The position numbers were made by a program, and so were the translations under genes. Under the pieces are notes generated by a model. It saw only the letters and a program-made list of their open reading frames with translations. It was not told the DNA's origin and searched no databases. DNA of 64,000 nt from Paramoeba atlantica. Lineage: Eukaryota; Protista; Discosea. The stretch spans positions 124,001-188,000 of the forward strand of contig CDRNVI010000066.1 of NCBI GenBank assembly GCA_977017575.1. The letters run 5' to 3'. Shown one piece after another: positions 38,319 to 48,143 of the stretch (positions are counted from its first letter, which is position 1; every line of letters begins with the position of its first letter).

Positions 38319-41255
38319 CTAGTTGACACCAAACATGCCACAAAGTTCTTCAAAACTTCCGTCCAAACAGTGTTGCGATAAGTTCACAAAAGACATAGAC
38401 TTATTGGTCGAACCCGGTTCTTTCTGCCGTGTACCTTCTGCAGAATCGTTCTCTAGCATGTTCTGTGTATGTTGCCACTGATGTATCAGGTGTGAGATGT
38501 TAACACAACCCGAGGCCCCCTTCATTTCTTGAGGATATGAGAGATTCAGAATGTCGCTCTCTATAGAATCTTCCGCCACATACCGTGTCACGGCTAGAGG
38601 TCTTGTACGTCCGACATGACAAGCTCTTGTGAGAACGCGGTACTCAGAGAGCGGTCCGCTAGCGGAGGGCTCCATGAAAAAAATATGGTCCGCAAAGGAA
38701 AGTGATAGCCCGTACCGAAATACCTCGTGGCAACCAATCACAACGGGAGGACCTATCAGCGGCTCCAAAACATCAGTCACAGCTAGAGGACACGTTTCAT
38801 CTTGTTCCTGTGATTGTTTCGAAGTCCGCCTCCGCTTTGCTTTGGATGGTCGATCAGAAACAGTTTTTCCTTCACCTGTGTCGGGTGTTGCCAACGATCG
38901 TACTCTGCGATCAATAACTTTTCCGTGTATTAAGTTTCGCACATGCATTCTACGACGCACCGAAGAAGGTAAAATCAGTGTGGGTATATTTTTCTTAGCA
39001 AAGGCATCTGCAAGAATTGAAACGTAAGGGACAAATTCTGTCAGAACAACAAAGCGAACCAACGATTTTTCCGTTGAGCCTCGGAGCTGTAGAATGTCGT
39101 CCACTACTCGATCGGTCTTTGAGCTACATATCCATGATGCATCCAGGTCTAAATTGGCAATAGTAGGACCATTACAAGCGCTGCTTGGCTCCTCAGTAGG
39201 CGAACTCTGTGTCAACCCGAAATTTTGAGGAATCGCAACGGCCTCTGAATATCCGGTTCGACCCTTGCAAAACGGACATTTCGAATCGTGTCGGTTTAAA
39301 ACTTGGCGGCAGCAGGCAGAGCACATTCGATGACCACACGGAAGAAGCATACCGCGTTCATTTCTGTACTCCTCAAAGCAAATACCGCACTCCGCGGATC
39401 CCTCGCTGTTTTCCTCAGCTTCAATTTTCAAGTTTTGGACAACGTTCTTGATGAACTCTTTTGAATGACCTTTCTTACCTTTGCTTCCTCTCCCCTTTCC
39501 CGAGTGGGCCACACCAAGTTTTCGCAGAAAATTTTCCATCACTGCTTCGTCTTGTCGTTGTCTATGAGTTTCCGCTTCTTGAAGTTGCTCAGCTCTCGAC
39601 ACATCTCCTAGCAACTTTCTCCTTTTTTGCAATAGGGATGATACTGCTAAACATGGATGTACAGTAGATTGACGCAGTCTCATGACCATTTCAAATACAT
39701 GCGCTCGTAACATCGCATCAAATAGTAACTTTTCTCTTGCCATGGAAAATTCCCCGTGCTCATTCGCATCCATTTGTTGAAGTGTACGTTGCCTCAAACG
39801 CAGTTTCGCCGCACCAGTATTTCGCACACATGTATAAAAGTGCTTTTGGGTCTCTTCCATGGGTAACGCTACCGACGTATAGGTAATGGATGGTTTCTCA
39901 AGTTGTGGCACCACTGGTTCATCTGTCGCCAAGCATTCCGTTCTACGCAGGGTGACTTCCTCCATGCTCGTCATAAACAGCGATATCGTATCGGGTGACC
40001 ATTCAAGATCTCCCTCTGGTGGTGCGTCAAAGAGCACAGTTACCGGATGACGCAAGAAACGAAGAAGGAGCAAATTTGGTACCAAGAGAGTGGATAAAAG
40101 CGGTCTGGCACTCACGATCCATCGGTACTTCGCTTCGAGTAGAAGAATATCCTCTTTCCACTCCCGGTCTAACGTATGAACGGCATGAAACTCATCTAAA
40201 ATAATACGATTCCAGAAGATGGAGAGAAACTGCGACCTACTGGAAAGGTCATCGTTCGCTTCCCATTGGCTTCGCTTCACGTCTTTGTGTAATGCGGTGT
40301 ATGTTGTCACTACGAAGTCGTACCCGCCAGCGATTTCGAAAACATTTTTCTTGGAAAGAGCCGATTTCCCTCCTGCGTGGCATAATATTCGGGGCCTGGG
40401 GAAAAGCGAGCGTTGTATTTCATAGATCCATTGGTCCAGAAGACAGGGTAAGGTAATAATGACAGTAGAGCTGGATACCACTTTACCGTCTCGGATGTGA
40501 TCACGCGACATTGACGTCCTTTCAGCGCATAGTGCAATGACGGTTCTCATTTTTCCCATCCCATGCGGGTCCGCGAGAATACCTCCAGGGATATCAGAGT
40601 TCTCACGTGTGTGCATCCATTCCACGGCAGATATTTGCATTGAGTGTATTGGTGCAGACAAGGACATAATTTGCGAAGATGTTGCATTACGATCAATATG
40701 TCCTTTTATTTCCGTCGTCTTTGAATATCTGGAATGCAGCTTCTCTGAAGCTTCAGACGTGTCCTTATGACCTAAGTCATGCATCCTCTTCGTTGATACT
40801 ATAGAAGTGGGGATTCGTATGGCGTTTGCATTTGCATCAATCTCGTCTTCAACTTCAAGATCGACTTCCGGCGTATCCTCAGTAGTGTGATTTGTTGTGT
40901 CGCAGTCCTCCAGATCAACATCTCCGTCCAGTGTGTTTTCTATTTCTTCAAAAGTGGTGGACACGGCTTGTTCGGTAGATGCAGGTTCCAATTCCTTCAT
41001 AGAATCGTCGTGAGATGGAAGAGGAGCTGTTTCTATATCTTGAACACGTGGTGCAATCTTCTCATTACTGTGCGGAGTATCTGCCTCTTCCTTCGTTATT
41101 TCGATGTCAGCGATTTCGGTGTTCTCTTTTTTTGTTGAAATAATGGAAGTCAAGCTACGGACGTTTCCCCAGGTTATAAAATCGTCATCCTGCATTTCCT
41201 GAAAACATAAAAAATGTGATGTTAACAAGGTCATATGCTGCTGTGAACAAAGCAT
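38319..41255 (-). CDS. RAD5/RAD16-like SNF2 helicase-fold protein with inserted C3HC4 RING; ATPase motifs degenerate
   Basis: GGILADPHGMGKMRT, VVTTY, WNRIILDEFH, LRQSTVHP, RING CGICF...PCGHRMCSACC...CPFC, C-terminal HVGRTRPLAVTRYVAEDSIE. Confidence 0.85.
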   Translation of the reverse strand: MLCSQQHMTLLTSHFLCFQEMQDDDFITWGNVRSLTSIISTKKENTEIADIEITKEEADTPHSNEKIAPRVQDIETAPLPSHDDSMKELEPASTEQAVSTTFEEIENTLDGDVDLEDCDTTNHTTEDTPEVDLEVEDEIDANANAIRIPTSIVSTKRMHDLGHKDTSEASEKLHSRYSKTTEIKGHIDRNATSSQIMSLSAPIHSMQISAVEWMHTRENSDIPGGILADPHGMGKMRTVIALCAERTSMSRDHIRDGKVVSSSTVIITLPCLLDQWIYEIQRSLFPRPRILCHAGGKSALSKKNVFEIAGGYDFVVTTYTALHKDVKRSQWEANDDLSSRSQFLSIFWNRIILDEFHAVHTLDREWKEDILLLEAKYRWIVSARPLLSTLLVPNLLLLRFLRHPVTVLFDAPPEGDLEWSPDTISLFMTSMEEVTLRRTECLATDEPVVPQLEKPSITYTSVALPMEETQKHFYTCVRNTGAAKLRLRQRTLQQMDANEHGEFSMAREKLLFDAMLRAHVFEMVMRLRQSTVHPCLAVSSLLQKRRKLLGDVSRAEQLQEAETHRQRQDEAVMENFLRKLGVAHSGKGRGSKGKKGHSKEFIKNVVQNLKIEAEENSEGSAECGICFEEYRNERGMLLPCGHRMCSACCRQVLNRHDSKCPFCKGRTGYSEAVAIPQNFGLTQSSPTEEPSSACNGPTIANLDLDASWICSSKTDRVVDDILQLRGSTEKSLVRFVVLTEFVPYVSILADAFAKKNIPTLILPSSVRRRMHVRNLIHGKVIDRRVRSLATPDTGEGKTVSDRPSKAKRRRTSKQSQEQDETCPLAVTDVLEPLIGPPVVIGCHEVFRYGLSLSFADHIFFMEPSASGPLSEYRVLTRACHVGRTRPLAVTRYVAEDSIESDILNLSYPQEMKGASGCVNISHLIHQWQHTQNMLENDSAEGTRQKEPGSTNKSMSFVNLSQHCLDGSFEELCGMFGVN

Positions 41256-41404
41256 AAACGCATGTAGATGTACATGTACGCGAAATATGACCCCCCTGTG
41301 TAATAAAAATTGTCACAAAAAAGTGATTTCAGAGAAAATTTTACAGAGCCGATTAAAAGCGAGACATTGAATACATTTACATCCGAGATCTACCGACCTA
41401 TGCG

Positions 41405-43057
41405 TTACCTTCGAATCTGGAGTGCCTTTTCCAAAAAATTTGCTTTTCCCACTAACTCAAAACACTCCTCGCGATACAACTTGAGCGTATTTTCTAAGAA
41501 CGTGATGTGCTCAGACTTTTCGTTTTGGGAATGGCAAGCAGCACTGCTGTTTAGCAAAATCGACTCCTTGTTCTCCGAAACAATATCATTGTTTGGCAGC
41601 ACATACTCCTTTTCATCGGCTTCAGATGGTACAAGATTTGCTGGAATAACATATGAGTCAAGATCTTGCACTGGATACTTCTTCAGATGACCAACCTGAA
41701 ATTGGTTGGCATTTGGCGTATGAGTATGAGGAGCTCCGTCTGTGATTGAAAGCATAACATTGGGCAACACGTCGAAACGAGAGGTACTACACGCTCCAAT
41801 TGAATTGACTGAAGATTGACTTTTTAAACGTCCAGTGATTTTCCATGTAAATATTCTACCACAACTTGTTGTGGCGTAAATGGAATTCTCGTCGAAAGCA
41901 ATCTGAAGTATCCGTTCATTTTCTTTTTCAGAAGTCTGTGGAAGCAGTAAATTTTGAACACGTGATAGAACGGGGTTTATATTAACGCTTCGAGCATTAG
42001 CCGTTGTGTTGCCGAGTTTTTCCTTTTTACGCGCTTGCGAAAAAACCAATGAAAGTGAATCTTCAACTAAAGGTTCCAGCTCCCGGTTTCCCGTAGAGCT
42101 TCCAAGAGTGAGTTTTCTTCTTTCCCAAGGTGAAACATCTCTGGCATCTTCTTGCTGCTCAATAGCATTTAGTTCGTCGAAAAATATGTCCAAAAGGTGG
42201 ATTTTTCCATCTGAAGTTAATAGTGCAATGTATTTTTCGCATTGGCTGATTTCAAGATGGGTGACAGGGGAATGAAAGCCTTCCCTGAGTAAACATTTCC
42301 CAGATAATAAATCAGCTACAGTTACCGTGCAGTCCGCCGATGCCGCGGCTAACAGTGAATTTGTGCTAGGAAAAAAGAGTACCTTGTGAACCTGAGCTCG
42401 ATGATAAGAAAGTTTCTTAAATTCGTGAATCGGCAAAATACTTCTTTCCATTGATATCAATACATCGTTGTTTGCATCAGATTTCATAGTCACTGATAAT
42501 CGTATCAAATCAGTTAGATACCAAATCTTTATTACTCCGTCACCTCCCGAGGATGCAATATACTGATTTCGGGGACAGATATTGAGGGAAGCTATTTTTC
42601 CAAGGTGAGCGGCTATGATAGCACGCATTAAATTTCCTGTTTGCACATGCCACGAGAAAATTGTACCTTTCTCTCCAGCACCAAGTACAAATTCCTGATC
42701 ATGTGAAAGAACTAAGCAAAGCACAACCTCTGTTGTAGCACAGGTCAGTATATTGGTCTTCCCTTTGGAATAATGCTTTTTCTCGCTGAATACTCCGTCG
42801 CCCCTCTTCGCTGACTCCGTATCATCTGAGCTTGATAGAGCAAACTTATGAATCTTAATACAAGGAGGATGCCGATGACATAGAAACAAGGCGTCATAAC
42901 GATCAGCGTAGCAGGCAGCCGATATCGGATCGTCTTTGTTCGTTTTCTTATTCGCATTGCGAAGAGGAATGAGACATGCTACGCAGGATAGCGCGTTGGT
43001 CTCTGTTTCAATCCACTGAGCTGTATGTGGCTCACATGATATGGCCAATAATTTCAT
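41405..43057 (-). CDS. IPI3: WD40 protein, Rix1-complex subunit IPI3/WDR18-like
   Basis: LGAGEKGTIFSWHVQTGNL, AHLGKIASL, YIASSGGDGVIKIWYLTDLI, SYHRAQVHKV...AASADCTV; C-terminal coiled coil. Confidence 0.7.
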   Translation of the reverse strand: MKLLAISCEPHTAQWIETETNALSCVACLIPLRNANKKTNKDDPISAACYADRYDALFLCHRHPPCIKIHKFALSSSDDTESAKRGDGVFSEKKHYSKGKTNILTCATTEVVLCLVLSHDQEFVLGAGEKGTIFSWHVQTGNLMRAIIAAHLGKIASLNICPRNQYIASSGGDGVIKIWYLTDLIRLSVTMKSDANNDVLISMERSILPIHEFKKLSYHRAQVHKVLFFPSTNSLLAAASADCTVTVADLLSGKCLLREGFHSPVTHLEISQCEKYIALLTSDGKIHLLDIFFDELNAIEQQEDARDVSPWERRKLTLGSSTGNRELEPLVEDSLSLVFSQARKKEKLGNTTANARSVNINPVLSRVQNLLLPQTSEKENERILQIAFDENSIYATTSCGRIFTWKITGRLKSQSSVNSIGACSTSRFDVLPNVMLSITDGAPHTHTPNANQFQVGHLKKYPVQDLDSYVIPANLVPSEADEKEYVLPNNDIVSENKESILLNSSAACHSQNEKSEHITFLENTLKLYREECFELVGKANFLEKALQIRR

Positions 43058-43485
43058 CCTATTTCAAGATGTAGAAGCCTGACGCAAGGAATAATAAATT
43101 CATGTATCTGACGCAAATACGCAAGGTACTGGAATAATCGGCACTAAGCTTTAATAGTAAAAGGCGAATACATAACATAGAGTGTTGTCAAGCATTTGAA
43201 AAAACGCTTTGCTATAAACTACAAGCACAACAGCAAATGTTATCTGGGGAACAACTTTCTGGGGAGGGGTCATAATTTATCCATAAAGAAATCACACTCT
43301 GACGCGTAATTAATTGCCATATCTTTTACTAATGTCTAGTAATCTAGTAGTAAATTATGATGCAACAGTTTTCGACAATGTCGTGTAGAAAGTAATGTGG
43401 AGAAAGTGGGCCTTTTAAATGATTGAGAATGATACAAAAAGGGGGACAACCAGCGGCTACTGATATTACTAATCGTACGCTCTCG

Positions 43486-43977
43486 TTACTTTCTCTTCCA
43501 TGTCTGTATCACTGAGTCAATAAAGTTATTTTGCATTGTGGATGACCAGTTCACTAATTTCCCCTCGCGAGACACCATCTTCCGAAATTCGTCCTCACCT
43601 TTTTCTTTCAAAAACGCCACACCGTCCTCTATTTGAGAGGATCTCGCTGTGTTTTCTAGACCATGAACACCATGCGGTGCCAAGAATGTGGAGAGTTCGC
43701 GATTCGTGTATGCTGTAAGAAGAAGCCGATTGATTTGTCGCGTGCACAATTCTTGGTCTTTTTTAGACATATTCTGAGATACCCAGCTCTCCAAGTCAGA
43801 TCTCCAATTGGTTCCAAAACTTTTCTCGACATAACTGAGGCGCAAGGGTACTTTATTCTTGAAAGCGGTCTCTCCAATCAGAAGATTATAGAGGACGTGA
43901 CATTTTTTATTTAGATTTGATTCTGTTGCGGAGAGCTCGACAGCGGCCTGAAGCTTACGAGGTAAAAAGCGGTACAT
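43486..43977 (-). CDS. Hypothetical protein, probably mitochondrial (163 aa)
   Basis: ATG-initiated ORF on the gene strand with protein-like composition and a basic amphipathic N-terminus (MYRFLPRKLQAA). Confidence 0.7.
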   Translation of the reverse strand: MYRFLPRKLQAAVELSATESNLNKKCHVLYNLLIGETAFKNKVPLRLSYVEKSFGTNWRSDLESWVSQNMSKKDQELCTRQINRLLLTAYTNRELSTFLAPHGVHGLENTARSSQIEDGVAFLKEKGEDEFRKMVSREGKLVNWSSTMQNNFIDSVIQTWKRK

Positions 43978-44186
43978 ACGGCCTTCTTGATTTTGATAGA
44001 TGATATGGATAGAAATACGTAACAGAAGGATTTAGCAAGTAGTATAGTAAGTACAGGTCCTGTCCCTATTAGTTACACATTGTACACTCTATATATTTAA
44101 CTGTACCTGTAGATACTAAAGATCCTTGAACAAAATGACAATCAAATCACAAATGACACTACCAAGTTGAAAAAAAGAACCCCCCG

Positions 44187-46856
44187 TCAAGACGTCAGAT
44201 ACTCTCGAAGTTCACTACTTGTTTGCTCACGGTGTCCCATAACCAGAATCAAATCCACCGCTGAGAGGGTTTCCTTCTCCATCAACAGACCCTGCAGGGC
44301 ACGAACTTGTGACTCGTGGGATTCGATCAACGCCCGAGCCTGGTCCCGAGCCCGGGACACCCATTGCGCCACTGCCCCGTCTACGGCTCTCTCCACTACC
44401 GAGCCGTAAGGCTTTTGTACCGCAACCTGATCCTGGCTTTCCGGATAGGAAAAGTGTCCGACCTCCCCGGGACACATCCCATACCGCACGACGCATTGGT
44501 AGGCCAGCCCGGTGGCTCGGTTCATATCCTCCGCCGCACTGGAGGAGAGCTCGGAGAGGAAATACTCTTCAGAGGCCACCCCGCCTAGCATGTCACAGAT
44601 ACGCTCCTCGAGCTCTGCCTGGGTTTGTATGTACTTCTCATGAGGGAGCTTTTGATTTACACTGGTACGGTCGCCGCCATATTGTACGATAGAGACCTTA
44701 CACACCGGGTCGACGTGACGAAGATGCCAGTTGACCACGGCGTGACCCGCCTCGTGGAACGCGAGGCGCTTTTTCTCACTGGGTGTCAGCACACGAGATT
44801 GTCGCTTGAGTCCGATTTGCACGCGCTCCATTCCTTTTTGAAAGGACTCCATGTCCACTGAGGTCTTGGACTCACGGGCAGCAATAATGGCGGCCTCGTT
44901 GCAAATGTTTTTGATATCCGCCCCCGTGTTGCCTGGGGTCAGGGAGGCTAGCTTCTTCGCTGTACCATCTACAGCTTCAGCCGACCCGGCGGTAAGTTTC
45001 AGTGGTTTTAAATGCACTTTAAAGATCTCCACGCGGTCCGGGTAGGGCGGAGGATCAATATGTACGCGCCGGTCAAACCGCCCCGGACGAAGCAACGCCT
45101 CATCTAAAATATCCACCCGGTTCGTCCCCGCAATCACCACCACCCCCGCATGCGAGTGAAACCCATCCATCTCCGACAGCAGCGCATTCACCGTGTTATC
45201 CCCCTCACTTTGTCCCATCCCTCCCTTATGCGCCATCCTTCGTGACTTTGCGAACGCATCAATCTCATCAATAAACACCACACACGGGGCCGCCTCCCTG
45301 GCCGCCACAAACAAATCCCGCACCCGGGAGGCCCCGACGCCGACAAAAATCTCCACAAACTCACTCCCGGCACAGGAGATGAAATTCACCCGGGCCTCCC
45401 CGGCGACCGCCTTCGCGAGTAACGTCTTCCCCACCCCCGGGACCCCCGATAGCATAATCCCCTTCGGCACGGTCGCCCCGAGCCGGGCGAACCGCTGGGG
45501 GTGGGCCAGGAACTCCACCACCTCCCGCACCTCGTGCTTGGGCTCTGCCATCCCGGCAATCTCCCCGAACCGGGTCCTCGGTCGCTCCTTGATGAGTTTA
45601 AAGAAGTGGTCCCCGTTGGCTTTGGTCCCCCTCGCGGGGGCCCCGAAGAGACTTAGCGGTTTGGCGCTCAGGGCGGAGCGCGCGAGGCGGAAGCGGGTGT
45701 GGAGGACCGCGAGGAGGGGGAGGAAGGCGAGGAGGAGGAGGGGGGTCCAGGGGAAGCCCACGGTGTAGCTGTAGTAGAGGGGGCGCTGGGGGTGGTGGGG
45801 GTCGGGGTGACTACTCGTGCTAGGGTTGTTGTTGTTGTGGTTGTGGTTCATGTTTTTATGAGTAATGTTAGTAGGAGAGGTGGGTTGAAGCCTCTCGGAT
45901 GGGGAGGGTGGGGTTTGAGCTTCACCTCGAAAGGGACGAAAAAGGGAGGAGAGGACTCCGGTGAGGGAGGAGAGTGGGGACCAGCGTGCGTTGTGGTCGA
46001 CCGTGAGGGAGGGGGGACCGGAGGTGGCGAGGAGGAAACTCTCGAGGTGGGAGAGTGTGGTGAGATGGAACCGGAAATGGGAGGTTGCGGGGTGGGCGGT
46101 GTGGGGGAGGTAGACGATGGCTTCACGCTGGGTTGTGTGGACGTGGATGGAGTCCACAGGGTTGCGAGGGTCGAGGAGGTAGGAAATGCCGTCGGTCTCG
46201 GAGACCGTTCGAATGTACCCGTCGCCAAAGTAGCGCCGGTAGACGTAGTATAGCGCGTATCCCGTGATCCCACCTTGAATGAGACGAATCGCAAGCTGTC
46301 GAAAGGCCATCTTGGGGGACTCGCGGGCGAACTCAGCGAAATGATGCCATCGTCGCTGTAGCCCCTGGGGATACGCGTAGTGTTTTTCATATTCAATAAT
46401 CCCCCTGGCGTCGGTCTCGGAGGCGCAGGAAAACCCGATTGGTTTTCGGGAATTTTGAGATGGAAGGATACTGGATCCCACTTCCGCCTTAGCACGGCTG
46501 TTTTCAGTGTCGTGTACAGGAACACCAGGAAAATTAAAATAGGCACCGAAAAAGGGGTGTGCCGGACGATCGGGTTGGCTAAGTGGCGCAGGAGTCACTG
46601 GCTTGGAGGGTATGGCTGTTTTTAACTTCTCCGTGGCAGCAGGATGATCATCCGTTCCTTTCGCGTACGATGCTTTCACGACTTGTTGAATTGGTTTCGT
46701 TGTCTCGTTCAGCTGAAGTCTCTTCAAAGCCTGTTCCTTAGCCAAGTTTTGGGAAGGCTCCTTTCCTGTTTTCTTTGATGGAATGTTTGTGCCGGACTTT
46801 GTTAGACCGATAAGGCATTTCCGATACATCGGGACTAAATATAAAAACGTAGGCAA
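44187..46856 (-). CDS. Mitochondrial m-AAA protease subunit (AFG3/paraplegin/FtsH family)
   Basis: Two TM segments; GIMLSGVPGVGKTLLAKAVAGEA, FIDEIDA, TNRVDILDEALLRPGRFDR, HEAGH zinc motif. Likely ATG at 46829. Confidence 0.94.
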   Translation of the reverse strand: MPTFLYLVPMYRKCLIGLTKSGTNIPSKKTGKEPSQNLAKEQALKRLQLNETTKPIQQVVKASYAKGTDDHPAATEKLKTAIPSKPVTPAPLSQPDRPAHPFFGAYFNFPGVPVHDTENSRAKAEVGSSILPSQNSRKPIGFSCASETDARGIIEYEKHYAYPQGLQRRWHHFAEFARESPKMAFRQLAIRLIQGGITGYALYYVYRRYFGDGYIRTVSETDGISYLLDPRNPVDSIHVHTTQREAIVYLPHTAHPATSHFRFHLTTLSHLESFLLATSGPPSLTVDHNARWSPLSSLTGVLSSLFRPFRGEAQTPPSPSERLQPTSPTNITHKNMNHNHNNNNPSTSSHPDPHHPQRPLYYSYTVGFPWTPLLLLAFLPLLAVLHTRFRLARSALSAKPLSLFGAPARGTKANGDHFFKLIKERPRTRFGEIAGMAEPKHEVREVVEFLAHPQRFARLGATVPKGIMLSGVPGVGKTLLAKAVAGEARVNFISCAGSEFVEIFVGVGASRVRDLFVAAREAAPCVVFIDEIDAFAKSRRMAHKGGMGQSEGDNTVNALLSEMDGFHSHAGVVVIAGTNRVDILDEALLRPGRFDRRVHIDPPPYPDRVEIFKVHLKPLKLTAGSAEAVDGTAKKLASLTPGNTGADIKNICNEAAIIAARESKTSVDMESFQKGMERVQIGLKRQSRVLTPSEKKRLAFHEAGHAVVNWHLRHVDPVCKVSIVQYGGDRTSVNQKLPHEKYIQTQAELEERICDMLGGVASEEYFLSELSSSAAEDMNRATGLAYQCVVRYGMCPGEVGHFSYPESQDQVAVQKPYGSVVERAVDGAVAQWVSRARDQARALIESHESQVRALQGLLMEKETLSAVDLILVMGHREQTSSELREYLTS

Positions 46857-46975
46857 CTATATTTTAAGTTGGCAATACAATGCAATGGATGTAATGCCAT
46901 GAAAACGTATAATACATGACTCAAAATAATAAATTTTTAAAAGAATCACATCAGAATACTGTTACGGCAGATGAT

Positions 46976-47776
46976 TTAGTCTTCGAATTCAATTATGTCG
47001 ACATCATCATCATCCATAGCACTATCGCGGGACATTTTTTCGCCAAGAGTTACCTCAGAGTTACGAGGACAAGATTTAGTTTCTTCACATGAAAACGTTC
47101 CATAACCAGAAATTAGTTCTAAAAAACTGGTTGGGGACGAATAAGTAGAAGTTGGATCAAGCGGTAGCATTAAAACTGTTGGAAACATTGCGCAGTCTTT
47201 CGTCCCTATTAAACTTCCGTAATACGTCACTGATCCAAAGTAAATCGTCGTCTCTGTAGCGTCACTTTTGTCAAAGGAGTTGTTGGTTAGGTTACGTGGT
47301 ATCGACATACGCAGCTTTATTTCATACGTGGAACTTGTGGGGTGAGAAGCCGGAGTAATAATTTGTCGCTCCATATCAACGTGAACTTTTGATGCGCCTA
47401 AAGTGAATTGTATCCCTTCAAAAACGCTTTCGCCAGAGAGTTTATCAGCAGTGTTCAAACCCGGAATCATTCGGCACGAGGATTCGTCAATACGAAACGA
47501 AGAAGTATTTACTGAATTACTAACCAAAGTACAATACAGAATAAAGTAGGACAAATTAGCGTGAGGGTCGTCCACTTTACATAAGAAGCACACCTCACTT
47601 GGCACATTGTATTTTAGATACGAATTTGTCCCTTCCACAGTTTTCGACGCTGCGTTTGTGTCTCTAGCCCGCAATAAGAACTCCTGCAATAACGTCCCTA
47701 GTTTTGCACGATACTTTCGAGATACAGGCGCTTGTACAGGCGCTTGTGATTTAACCATAGGTGCGCTCTTCGCCAT
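46976..47776 (-). CDS. Hypothetical protein (266 aa)
   Basis: ATG-initiated ORF filling the gap on the gene strand; acidic C-terminus; no motif recognised. Confidence 0.7.
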   Translation of the reverse strand: MAKSAPMVKSQAPVQAPVSRKYRAKLGTLLQEFLLRARDTNAASKTVEGTNSYLKYNVPSEVCFLCKVDDPHANLSYFILYCTLVSNSVNTSSFRIDESSCRMIPGLNTADKLSGESVFEGIQFTLGASKVHVDMERQIITPASHPTSSTYEIKLRMSIPRNLTNNSFDKSDATETTIYFGSVTYYGSLIGTKDCAMFPTVLMLPLDPTSTYSSPTSFLELISGYGTFSCEETKSCPRNSEVTLGEKMSRDSAMDDDDVDIIEFED

Positions 47777-48143
47777 GACATAATTTACACTCTTTTATCA
47801 ATAAACTTGTATTTGATTCTTTAAACGACAAAAACAAAAGCAAAGTATCAGTTCGCATAAATCAATATGCACTACTGTAATGAAATAAAGCATCAAAACT
47901 TTTCGTTTCATGCTTCATGTACAATATACATAGGATGCCTAAAATGAATGCACGTCTACCATTTAATGTGATTCACCGAAGAACTTCTTGGGTTGTGGTG
48001 ACTTCTTGGGTTCGACTTCAAGTCGAACAATTGTGAAGATTAGAATACTTAATAAAAGGAGCTAGAAATAGAAAACAGGGGCTAGAAATGTACTGCTGAT
48101 GTCGACAGGATTGATGCCGTATCAATCTAAATTTCCGCACGAT

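Noticed and set aside
41284-43278. Short inverted motifs (ATGACCCCCC / GGGGTCAT) flanking IPI3 as if a Pack-type element
   Set aside because: The match is under 12 bp, has no TA|CTGTG terminus or target duplication, and such C/G runs are common here.
45699-46253. Plus-strand Gly/Glu/Val-rich ORF (184 aa) and similar antisense ORFs throughout
   Set aside because: These are shadows of minus-strand genes, favoured by the stop-poor GC-skewed composition; no motifs.
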